A stretch of 64,000 nt of DNA from positions 90,915 through 154,914 of the forward strand of contig JAKAGT010000009.1 of the NCBI GenBank assembly GCA_021825585.1. The letters run 5' to 3'. Source of the DNA: Bacteroidota bacterium (lineage in GTDB: Bacteria > Bacteroidota > Ignavibacteria > Kryptoniales > JAKASW01). A model generated the notes under the pieces. That model saw only the letters and a list, made by a program, of their open reading frames with translations, had not been told where the DNA came from and made no database searches. Shown piece after piece: positions 17,697 to 26,233 of this stretch. The position numbers and the translations under genes are program-made. The stretch's first letter is position 1. Every line of letters starts with the position of its first letter.

Positions 17697-20234
17697 CTAG
17701 AAGGAATAACTCACACCTAGCGTAGGAATTAGGCCGTAAAGCAAGTTAGCCCTTCTCATTGGCCTCCCGTTGGCGTCATAGGTGTAAGTGTACGACAGAA
17801 CGTTGCGCCTGTTGAACAGGTTCATCACATCAAGATAGATTTGTAGCGGCTTATGGAACAGAGAATAGCCTTTTGCAATTTTTAAATCAACTCTTTCATA
17901 CGGGGGGTAATGGCTGGCATTTTTATTCCCCGCAACCCACAAGTACATCATTGCAGTTGAATCATAATGGCTCACATAGGGAGTGTATGCATAGCCGCTT
18001 CCATAGAAGAATCTAACGTCCAAAGACCATTTGTTTCCCAAATCAGAAATCACGGCAAGGGAAAGAGTGTGTGTTTGATCTGTGTACCGCGGATAATAAC
18101 CTTCTTTGCTGTCGAGCAATTTTTCTCGCGCAACCAAATAACTGTAGCTCAACAACAAATCTGTGTTGCCCAATGTTTCGTTGTACATTAGATCCATACC
18201 TGTCGCATATCCCTTGGCGTCATTTTGCCTCGTGCCGTATGCCAATTCACCGTCCGAAAGTCTGATCGTTGGAATCATGCTCGAATAATCTTTATAGTAG
18301 AACTCGCATCTGAGATCCATACCTCCTTCAATTTTCTTTTCAAATCCCAGGATGTACTGCACTGCTTTTTCGAAGGCCGTGTTAGTATCAGAGGCGACTG
18401 AGGACCTTAGTTGTTTGTATGTGGGAGGTTCATAATAGATCCCCCACGCAGCACGGATTGTAACTCCGAATGGCCCGGCGTACGACAAACTTGTTCGCGG
18501 CGCAAACCTAGTTTCTTTGTCCATGTCGAAGTAATCTAACCTTATTCCTGCATTAAACATTAGATTGCTTCCTATCTGCGACGTTTGTTGAAAGTACGCT
18601 GCTAAACTGTATGTCGAAGCATTTGTTATCACGGTGTCGTTATATGTCGGATCGGGAGGATAAAGCATGGTTGTTGTATCGGGGAAAAGCGTCACGTTTG
18701 TGGCCAGTATCTGGACTCCGTGCATATTCGGCGCGTCGTCATACAGTATTTTCTTTAGGGTGAATCCCCCGTCGAAATCGAGAAATTGTGACGATTGGAA
18801 ATTCAAGTCCTGGTCAAGACAGATCGTTTTTATCGAGAGGTCATCGATCAAGTTTCTATTATTTGATTGGTATGACCAAAATTGGGGGAATCCGCTGTAT
18901 GTGAGGCTGGTGCTATCCATCAGAATCGCGTGCTCATGTTCGACTTCATTGTAATATGAGGCCGTAGTCAGGGAAAGCAATTTGTCCGACAGCATATTGC
19001 TGGACCTGATCGACACCAAAGAATTCGTATAATTTGCAAGGAAGCTGGAATTGTGTACGGTGGTCTGAGATACGAGCGTCTGCTGTCCATAATAGTTCCA
19101 GTAGTACCCCAACCGGCTATAGCTATTTGAAGGAGATTGGTTAGCGTTGTCTCTTGAGAAAATCACATCTACCTTCAGCTTGTTTAAGTCGCTCAGATTG
19201 TAGTCCATCTGTCCTTGAACATCGTAGTAGTCCAAACTTATAGCAGAAGAGACGCTTAACATTCGCATCAGATAGTCAAGGTAACTTTGCCTAACACCTA
19301 TGATAAACGAACCGTTGCGGCTAACAGGTCCCTCAACCAAAACCGAGAAATCTATTAAGCTCAGATCGACCTTACCTTGGTAATTGTTCCTGTCACCGTC
19401 TTTGTAATCAATCTTCATCATGGAGCTCAGAGCATCTCCGTATTTGACGCTGAACCCTCCCGAACTGAAATCGATACTCTTAACCATGTCAATGTTAAAA
19501 ATCGACATGCTCCCACCTGCCAGTTCTTTTAAATGATCCGGGTTATAAACCTCGACTCCGTTTATCAAAATCAGGTTCTCGTCGGATGTCCCTCCGCGCA
19601 CATTTATCTTATTGCTTACTTCGTTGTCAACGCTTACCCCGGGCAATAACTGCACTGCACGTAGAGGATCTTTCGTCAAACCTGCTAGATCTCTAATCTG
19701 TTGGTTTTTGATTTCAGCCGAGCTTATTCTTCTGGGGTTTGCTTGCTCTGCATAAACGCTTACCTCCTGAAGCAAGAACCCAACAGGGGTCAGTTTAACA
19801 ACTACGGTAGAATCGTTTTTGTGAACGTCGAGCCTTTCTGTCCGGTAGCCGATATACGAGACCAACAGTGTAACTTCTTCATCAGGTAAGGAAATTCTAA
19901 ACTCACCTCTCTCATTTGTTTGAATCACTTTCTTGAAATTCTGAACTGTAACGGTTGCATAGACCAAACTCTGATTTGTCGTGGCATCGATCACTCTACC
20001 ACTGAGAACATGACTTGCTCCTTTACATAACCCTGGATTCAGAAAAAACAAAATGGAAACGACGAACATTCCGCCGCTAAAGAGATATGAAAAGAGCAAT
20101 CCGAGAATTCTGTATTCCTCCGTGGTCTTATAAGATATTGAGGGGTTGATCACGTGTATTACGCGTTTCACAGTAGAACCCGTAAGATCCTGCATACACC
20201 TTTGAAGTTCATTTTTGAATAAGCAGATCCGCAA
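17697..20234 (-). CDS. TonB-dependent receptor with N-terminal carboxypeptidase-regulatory-like domain
   Basis: GRVIDATTNQSLVYATVTVQN...GEFRISLPDEEVTLLVSYIGYRTERLDV (CarbopepD_reg-like). Plug motifs are LLPGVSVDNEVSNKINVRGGTSDENLILINGVEVYNP, followed by a long beta-barrel with a C-terminal ...LGVSYSF. The true start is uncertain; an internal Met giving MFVVSILFFLNPGLCKGAS is possible. Confidence 0.85.
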   Translation of the reverse strand: MRICLFKNELQRCMQDLTGSTVKRVIHVINPSISYKTTEEYRILGLLFSYLFSGGMFVVSILFFLNPGLCKGASHVLSGRVIDATTNQSLVYATVTVQNFKKVIQTNERGEFRISLPDEEVTLLVSYIGYRTERLDVHKNDSTVVVKLTPVGFLLQEVSVYAEQANPRRISSAEIKNQQIRDLAGLTKDPLRAVQLLPGVSVDNEVSNKINVRGGTSDENLILINGVEVYNPDHLKELAGGSMSIFNIDMVKSIDFSSGGFSVKYGDALSSMMKIDYKDGDRNNYQGKVDLSLIDFSVLVEGPVSRNGSFIIGVRQSYLDYLMRMLSVSSAISLDYYDVQGQMDYNLSDLNKLKVDVIFSRDNANQSPSNSYSRLGYYWNYYGQQTLVSQTTVHNSSFLANYTNSLVSIRSSNMLSDKLLSLTTASYYNEVEHEHAILMDSTSLTYSGFPQFWSYQSNNRNLIDDLSIKTICLDQDLNFQSSQFLDFDGGFTLKKILYDDAPNMHGVQILATNVTLFPDTTTMLYPPDPTYNDTVITNASTYSLAAYFQQTSQIGSNLMFNAGIRLDYFDMDKETRFAPRTSLSYAGPFGVTIRAAWGIYYEPPTYKQLRSSVASDTNTAFEKAVQYILGFEKKIEGGMDLRCEFYYKDYSSMIPTIRLSDGELAYGTRQNDAKGYATGMDLMYNETLGNTDLLLSYSYLVAREKLLDSKEGYYPRYTDQTHTLSLAVISDLGNKWSLDVRFFYGSGYAYTPYVSHYDSTAMMYLWVAGNKNASHYPPYERVDLKIAKGYSLFHKPLQIYLDVMNLFNRRNVLSYTYTYDANGRPMRRANLLYGLIPTLGVSYSF

Positions 20235-20257
20235 GGTTGGATTCGAATGTCGTTACT

Positions 20258-20488
20258 TTATCCGAAATTGATATAGCCGCATTCGCATCCCTGGCATATG
20301 TTGCATGTGTCGCATGCTAAGCCAACGTTACCGCAGCTGCAGGAAACGTTAGCAGCTCCACAGACGTACGTTTGGCATGTGCAACCGCCGCCACCACCAG
20401 TATCACTATTACAAGTGTTGCAGCACGGTGTCGTTGTGAATGTCTCAAGATAACTTACGTCATCATTTAACAATTCAATGCGTTTCAT
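20258..20488 (-). CDS. Cys-rich precursor-like peptide (76 aa, 13 Cys)
   Basis: MKRIELLNDDVSYLETFTTTP-CCNTCNSDTGGGGGCTCQTYVCGAANVSCSCGNVGLACDTCNICQGCECGYINFG. A strong RBS AAGGAGGTGA lies upstream of the ATG (read from the rc of 20489-20510). It sits between the rSAM maturase and the TBDR/ABC genes on the same strand. Confidence 0.75.
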   Translation of the reverse strand: MKRIELLNDDVSYLETFTTTPCCNTCNSDTGGGGGCTCQTYVCGAANVSCSCGNVGLACDTCNICQGCECGYINFG

Positions 20489-20765
20489 ACCTTCACCTCC
20501 TTTCGTAACCCAACTTTTTTGTTGGTCATTTTTGGATAGTGGTTCATCCCTGCGGATCTACAACATGATTAATAAACGGAAACCGAAAACGAAACCTGCA
20601 CACTTCATGAATCCCTGACGGTGTCACCACCAACACAAGCGTGGGCCGGATATAAATGGTTACTGCAATTGCACGTGGCCCTCGACACTCAGTGCCACGG
20701 ACCTTTCGAGATATCTTGTCGGTGTGTTTCATTATTCAATCGTCCTCTCACACAATTTTCATTTG

Positions 20766-22208
20766 TCATATTTGGCGCTCAGTTGGTATTTCCTTTCTTC
20801 CCCTTTTGTAAAAATGATAAAGGTTTTCGATTTCCGGTTTACTTGACTTAGCGATACTTGAATACACCATGATTGCTGTTTCAATAACGTGCTTAATCAA
20901 TTCACATCTCATGGGATTAGGAGTAGTCACGTCTTTGTAATAATCTTCGCTCACTGCGATGCAATCCCCGCCACAAAGAAACCTTGCCCAACACGAATTG
21001 CAAGGAACCCGAGAAAACACGTTTGTATTCACGTGTATTTCTTTTTCCCACCGTCGGTCGAAGGTTCCCGCCATAACATTTCCCATCCTGTAAGTACTAT
21101 TGACAAAGCGATGACAGGGGAAAATGTCACCGTTCGCTCCCACCGCTACATAGCCCCTTCCCGCTGCGCAGGAATAGAAATTCTTCCCATTCGCGTTCAG
21201 ATGCTTCAGGAACTTGATGATGTTACTATAACCAAAAAACTCATTTCGGGAAATCTTCCTCATCAGCTCATCTGCGATCAAGTCAATCCTATTTTCGAGG
21301 GCGCGATAATCCTCCGAGGATAGGAACCCTCTACCTGTTGTGCCTTCGGCAGTTTCAGTGTGGACAGAATAAAAACCCATAGCGAGAATATGCAGGATAT
21401 TATCAAAAGCCCTTTCAACTGAATTCGAGGTGATCGTCGTTCTCGCTGATGTTTGATCCTGCTTTGTCTTCCCGAGAAACAGAATGCTTTTCCCCTCAAC
21501 AGTCGGATACGATGGCCTTTTGTTCTTCAAGGGTCTGTTGACATTTTGCGTATCAGCGTCTCCATCTATACTGATTTGTATATTTATTCTCTCACGGTTA
21601 AAGTATTCAATTAGTTCTTCGTTAAGCAGGGTTCCATTTGTGGAAACTGAATAGCGGACCTCCTTATCTGCAGCTTTAGCTTTCTCATTTCCGTACAATA
21701 CCAACGCCTTCAAACCAACCATGTTTAACAATGGCTCTCCGCCGAAGAAGACCACGCCAACCCTTTTCGACTTTCCTGATTTTTCAATCAAGAAATCAAT
21801 GGTTTTCCTCCCCACTTCCGGTCTCATAAACCCTCTTTTCCCTCGGAAAGCACCCTGATCCGCGAAACAGTAGACGCATCGCATATTGCAATCTTGAGAT
21901 AAGATCAGGTCCATATTTCTTATTTCATATTCTGAATACTCAAAGGTGGGATCCTCAAACTCAAAAGGCTTTTCTGCGATAAGCCGTGATTCTTTCAGTT
22001 CAGTATAAGCGACCTCGATATCTTCCGCAGGGTAAGAATTTCTCAGCGCTGACAAGACTTCTTCCCTCTTTTTCAAGTTACTGGCGCCGAGGATTTGGAA
22101 GGCTAGTTCATCGACCCGAAATACTCGACACGTTTGCACGTCCAATAGCAGGTTCTTCCCGTTCTTCTTGAATAGGTGTAACTCCGGCAGGCAAGTTAGC
22201 TCATCCAC
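20766..22208 (-). CDS. Radical SAM / SPASM-domain peptide maturase (anSME-like) with N-terminal RRE-like segment
   Basis: CxxxCxxC at SQDCNMRCVYCF. Also GGEPLL, STNGTLL and ISIDG. The 7-Cys SPASM reads CAAGRGYVAVGANGDIFPCH...CNSCWARFLCGGDC...RCE. GTG start 22208 is preceded by AAGGAGG. It overlaps the upstream gene by 13 nt. Confidence 0.9.
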   Translation of the reverse strand: MDELTCLPELHLFKKNGKNLLLDVQTCRVFRVDELAFQILGASNLKKREEVLSALRNSYPAEDIEVAYTELKESRLIAEKPFEFEDPTFEYSEYEIRNMDLILSQDCNMRCVYCFADQGAFRGKRGFMRPEVGRKTIDFLIEKSGKSKRVGVVFFGGEPLLNMVGLKALVLYGNEKAKAADKEVRYSVSTNGTLLNEELIEYFNRERINIQISIDGDADTQNVNRPLKNKRPSYPTVEGKSILFLGKTKQDQTSARTTITSNSVERAFDNILHILAMGFYSVHTETAEGTTGRGFLSSEDYRALENRIDLIADELMRKISRNEFFGYSNIIKFLKHLNANGKNFYSCAAGRGYVAVGANGDIFPCHRFVNSTYRMGNVMAGTFDRRWEKEIHVNTNVFSRVPCNSCWARFLCGGDCIAVSEDYYKDVTTPNPMRCELIKHVIETAIMVYSSIAKSSKPEIENLYHFYKRGRKEIPTERQI

Positions 22209-24028
22209 AATACCTCCTTTAATTTTAAGGTCAGTAAGAGCAAATAATTGATTACCCTGACTGGAAAATTGAGAACAATTAAGAAGTGTTGCGAATTTAG
22301 TTCAAACTTTTGTGCCATAGCGAAATTCTTAACCGCATCCGAGAAGCTAAAATGATGCCTGGCCAGTTGCCGAACAAAGCTGAATCCATATTTTATGAGA
22401 AAGCTCAAACCCCAGGCCAAAATTGTATAGAGTGCGATAATCTTGGCGGCCGATTTTACCGGAAGACTTTTGGTCGGGATGAAATTCACCATGCTGTGAT
22501 TCTTAAAATGTGTTATCCTGCCAATTATTTCACTTGGCATAACCTCTTGGAAAAAGCCGTTGTCACCCTTTTCGTATATGAAACTGTTTCCCAGAAGCTT
22601 GATTCTTATGATCAGCCGGTGAGTTATGATCCTGTTGTTTCGTATGTAGGAAAAAATGTCGCCAGTTTTTAACTGGTTAGGATGCAAAAACTCGATTTTC
22701 AACTCTGTGCTCGATATAAACAAAGGAAACATGCTCTTGCCAACAGTAGACAAGACAACCGCATCTTTCGAGAGAGTATCCCCTTCATACTGAAACTGTG
22801 GGCTATGTCTTTTCAGAAAATCTATGTTCTTTTGCATAAGCGACCTAATTGCAGCATCCCTATCCGCGGATAGCAGCGCTGCTGCTTTAATGTTCCCTCT
22901 TATGTTGTCGCATCTTGTCTCAGGAATGCTTGCCGGACGGTGAAGATCATCCTCCCACTGAAGAATGCACCCACCACCACATATGGATATAGCCCAACAA
23001 GTCGTGCATTCTTTTCTGTCGTAAACCGCTGCTTTTGCAAATTGGTTCTGAATCGGCTTGTCATGGTCTGATTTTTCAATTGTCCCAGCCAGGTGCCTGG
23101 ACGACCTGATCAATCGGTGACACGGGAATATTTCCCCCTCTTTAGAAACAGCCCAGTACCATCTCCCTGCCCCGCAAGTAAAAGTCTTAGGAATGGAGGA
23201 GTTCAATGTTTCCGCATGACTTAGTATCTCAGTAATACTAAGTCCTAAACCGATACAATGGCCGTCATTCAAAATCTCGTTAAATAAATTACATTCCCCA
23301 TAACCAAACTGGATGAGCCTTATCCCTACCCGTCTTAATATATTGATGGTCTCCATTACCAAATTCTTTTGCATCCCCACATCTTCAATTCTGACACTAA
23401 CTACACGGTTAGAGGTTAATCGTCGCACAGCATCCGGTATTCTTCCCAATGCACCACGCAGATCGTCTCCGTACCTGAACAAGAGTTTCACTTCGTAGTT
23501 GTTCGACACAATAAAATCGGCCAATTGCCGGTCAACAAGTTCGATCGGGACTTGAAACAAAAACCGGTAGGAATGTTTTCTACTTCCTATCAATTCTTCA
23601 CAGAGGCGGTTCATTGAAGAAAGGATTGCCGGGTTCCTTAGGTTAAGAGTCAGATGAACCGCACGGCCAAATTGCGGCTCAAAGAAACCAACTGCTTTTT
23701 TGACAAGAGCAGTTGCACTTAAATCATTCTCAGGCAAATCCACATAAAGCGCGCTGACGAATAGAGGCTTCCATCTTATTTCGTCTTTCTTATTGATCCC
23801 GCCGAGGAACTCTTTGAGTTCATCTATGGCATCGTGCAACTCGCCAATATTGAATCTGCCTTCGAGGGTTGAGATTGCTCTATCTATATCCAAGGCCCCG
23901 CCTTCACTTAGATCCAGTAGTTCTTTAATTGCAGGGCTGAAACGAATCGTTGCAGGAAAGTCCGTCAGTATACCAACATTAACTTCTCTTGAGCCCGCGA
24001 TCTCGATATTGGGAATCTTAATCTTCAT
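22196..24028 (-). CDS. Pseudo-radical-SAM/SPASM protein fused to S26 (SipW/archaeal-type) signal-peptidase-like domain and C-terminal TM helices
   Basis: No CxxxCxxC anywhere in the 610 aa. The SPASM is intact: CGAGRWYWAVSKEGEIFPCH...CTTCWAISICGGGC...RCD (nt 22910-23176). The S26B-like block is VGKSMFPLF...LKTGDIFSY...RIITHRLI...IYEKGDNG (nt 22505-22759), followed by hydrophobic AAKIIALYTILAWGLSFLIKYGF and HFLIVLNFPVRVINYLLLLTL. Confidence 0.75.
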   Translation of the reverse strand: MKIKIPNIEIAGSREVNVGILTDFPATIRFSPAIKELLDLSEGGALDIDRAISTLEGRFNIGELHDAIDELKEFLGGINKKDEIRWKPLFVSALYVDLPENDLSATALVKKAVGFFEPQFGRAVHLTLNLRNPAILSSMNRLCEELIGSRKHSYRFLFQVPIELVDRQLADFIVSNNYEVKLLFRYGDDLRGALGRIPDAVRRLTSNRVVSVRIEDVGMQKNLVMETINILRRVGIRLIQFGYGECNLFNEILNDGHCIGLGLSITEILSHAETLNSSIPKTFTCGAGRWYWAVSKEGEIFPCHRLIRSSRHLAGTIEKSDHDKPIQNQFAKAAVYDRKECTTCWAISICGGGCILQWEDDLHRPASIPETRCDNIRGNIKAAALLSADRDAAIRSLMQKNIDFLKRHSPQFQYEGDTLSKDAVVLSTVGKSMFPLFISSTELKIEFLHPNQLKTGDIFSYIRNNRIITHRLIIRIKLLGNSFIYEKGDNGFFQEVMPSEIIGRITHFKNHSMVNFIPTKSLPVKSAAKIIALYTILAWGLSFLIKYGFSFVRQLARHHFSFSDAVKNFAMAQKFELNSQHFLIVLNFPVRVINYLLLLTLKLKEVLWMS

Positions 24029-24034
24029 TGTCTC

Positions 24035-26233
24035 TCAGAAATTGTCACACGGCTGGATGTAAGGGGTCTGCCTTACGTCCTGGTTTACGACACCAATTTT
24101 CCCAAACCGGCCTGCCACTGCCTCCTCAGCAAGCGTGCGGTAACGATCACAAAAGGATCTTTCGAATGTGCTTCTGCCGCTATCCAGGACCCTTTCCATG
24201 AAAAGACACCCGCCTGCACAGAGATTTATTAGCCAGCAATTACCGCACCGTGGTTTGCTCTTTACATCGTTCTCAACATATTCAATTTGCGATTTCAGCA
24301 ACCCGTCATCATTGCTTCCCATTGGGCTGATTCCCGCCTTTGCAAATAAGTGACAAGGATAGTATTTGCCGTCGGGAGAAATAACGACGTAGGATTTACC
24401 CGCATTGCAAAAATAATTGTACGGTTTATGGTCCATCAGCCTCCATTCAATTCCTCGAACAATGCCAATGTCCTTTCTGGGTGATTCGGCCGGAAGCAAC
24501 TCTTTGCCGAAGGGCTCTTCTGAACAAAACGGTTGAGTACATATTTGGAAATGATTAGATTGGGCCTCTCCAAAAGCTGGTGCCAAGTCTTTCAATAGTG
24601 CCTGATTTTCTGTCTGTGGAACAAGAAGGTTGATGACAAAACGTTTTTCATCTTCGCCCTCGAAATGGCTTCTAATTGATCTGAGGAGTTTTCCATAATC
24701 TCCATCTTTTGAAGTAAGCCCCGCACACAACGAGGCTGCATCAATATTTATACTGATACTTACGGTCTTAAATAACTTCCCTGAGAGTTTTTTTATGTAA
24801 TCACGGATCTTCACCAACAACTCTATTATCGATTCGTCTATAACATCTCCCAAATACAAATGGATAAACAAATCAGTTATGTAACCGGACCTTATAAACA
24901 AAAGATCAATCGCTTGCTTTGCTATCTCGAGCTGAATGACATCTGCATTACCGTTTCTATTATTCGATATTAGAATCCCTAGGCTTACCAGTACTTCTCC
25001 CCGGTTCTTGTCTTTTTCCCTTACAGATATCTCGTTCATCGATTTACCCGCTGATGACTGAACTTCTTTCAAAACCCCGATTCTTGTCAATTCGTTAAAC
25101 ATTTCAGTGATTTCATCAACACTCAATCCTAACTCTCTCTCCATGATATGAGAATCTTCCAAGGCTCTATGTCTTTCAAGAAATCGGACAAAATCGTACA
25201 TCCTCTGGTCTATCCTAGTCGCCAATTTGTGGTCGATTTGATAAAGAAAGAATTCAGCCCCCCTCTGAAACATGTGTATTTGCGAAAGGACTAAGCCCGG
25301 GTCAAATGTCTTTTCGATTGGAGAGAGTTGTGCTGACACGGAGCTTGTCAAAGGTTGCCTGCGATCTGTTTCAAGGAAATTTTCATTCTCTTTGATTTTC
25401 TTTTGAATGAAATTCTTTAATGCAAAACACTTAAGCTCCTCTGCCATGAGCACTGCCTTACTGTAATATTCGATGCTCTCGGAAAGGTGCTGTTCGATCA
25501 GGTCGCTTGCCTTCAGGTAGTTTTCAATCTGCTCCTGATCATCAGCTAAACCTAACCGGTCGTAAATCTTAAAAAGGAAATATGTATAGTTTTTGTTCGA
25601 AAAGTCTTCTCTCCAGTCCACCACATCGTCATACAGCTGGTATCCAATATGGTAATTACCCACCAACTCAGAGAAGGCCTCAATTTTTCCTTCTTCTTCT
25701 CCCGCGAGACATGCGCCTGCAGCAGAGATTTTCAATAAAGAAAACTTATGCCCGCAATTAATTAGATCCCTGTTTTCAAACCTTGCTACTTTCCCAAAGT
25801 GTAGTCGTTTTTCCCACAACGTCGCGACAACAAACTCGTTCAAGTATTTTTCGAAAAGAGCCCAGAAATAATCATTAGAGCGGAAAGCTCTCTGGTACTC
25901 TTTCATCCATTTATAATAGATGATGTTTGACACGAGGAGAGTTTCTGAAATTCTGGTCGGATCGCTTTCTTGCTGGTCTATGATCTTATCCTGCGCTAAT
26001 ATGTAGAGGGCTCCAAATAAATTGCCGAGAGAAAGTGCCCTTAGGATATTTAGGTCTATTTGTTTGGCAAACGACTCTGCGACCCAATAGGGGAAATCGA
26101 TTATTATATCCGGTTTAAGGGATATGAGTTTTCCTGAAGCGGTTGCGAAAACTCCGTCAAAGGCTAGCCTGTTCATTTCAATTCTGTACCGATCGCCAAC
26201 CAGTTTATTTTCATCACGAAGATTTATCATCAT
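24035..26233 (-). CDS. Three-part fusion: polyprenyl-synthase-like domain + RRE-like winged-helix segment + pseudo-radical-SAM/SPASM domain
   Basis: The N-domain pattern HKFSLLKISAAGACLAGEEEGKIEAFSELVGNYHIGYQLYDDVVDWRED matches the trans-IPPS KT...G.aFQ..DDxxD region, and the first motif is degenerate (ILAQDKIID). The middle segment RIDQRMYDFVRFLERHRALEDSHIMERELGLSVDEITEMFNELTRIGVLKE is PqqD/RRE-like. The C-terminal SPASM is CNAGKSYVVISPDGKYYPCH...CGNCWLINLCAGGC...FCD. There is no CxxxCxxC. I prefer start ATG 26233 (an ATGA overlap with the upstream stop) over the track start 26284. Confidence 0.7.
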   Translation of the reverse strand: MMINLRDENKLVGDRYRIEMNRLAFDGVFATASGKLISLKPDIIIDFPYWVAESFAKQIDLNILRALSLGNLFGALYILAQDKIIDQQESDPTRISETLLVSNIIYYKWMKEYQRAFRSNDYFWALFEKYLNEFVVATLWEKRLHFGKVARFENRDLINCGHKFSLLKISAAGACLAGEEEGKIEAFSELVGNYHIGYQLYDDVVDWREDFSNKNYTYFLFKIYDRLGLADDQEQIENYLKASDLIEQHLSESIEYYSKAVLMAEELKCFALKNFIQKKIKENENFLETDRRQPLTSSVSAQLSPIEKTFDPGLVLSQIHMFQRGAEFFLYQIDHKLATRIDQRMYDFVRFLERHRALEDSHIMERELGLSVDEITEMFNELTRIGVLKEVQSSAGKSMNEISVREKDKNRGEVLVSLGILISNNRNGNADVIQLEIAKQAIDLLFIRSGYITDLFIHLYLGDVIDESIIELLVKIRDYIKKLSGKLFKTVSISINIDAASLCAGLTSKDGDYGKLLRSIRSHFEGEDEKRFVINLLVPQTENQALLKDLAPAFGEAQSNHFQICTQPFCSEEPFGKELLPAESPRKDIGIVRGIEWRLMDHKPYNYFCNAGKSYVVISPDGKYYPCHLFAKAGISPMGSNDDGLLKSQIEYVENDVKSKPRCGNCWLINLCAGGCLFMERVLDSGRSTFERSFCDRYRTLAEEAVAGRFGKIGVVNQDVRQTPYIQPCDNF

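Noticed and set aside
20394-20408. The GGGGG run (residues 31-35) of the small peptide as a double-glycine leader cleavage site
   Set aside because: The adjacent ABC exporter starts directly with its TM domain and has no N-terminal C39 peptidase domain. Three Cys (22, 23, 26) would also fall in the 'leader'. The idea is kept only as a remote alternative.
20544-20732. 62-aa minus-strand ORF between the maturase and the precursor, as a second precursor
   Set aside because: It has no RBS and an Arg/Pro/Val-rich composition unlike the Cys-rich peptide. It lies in what is more likely the precursor's promoter/leader region.
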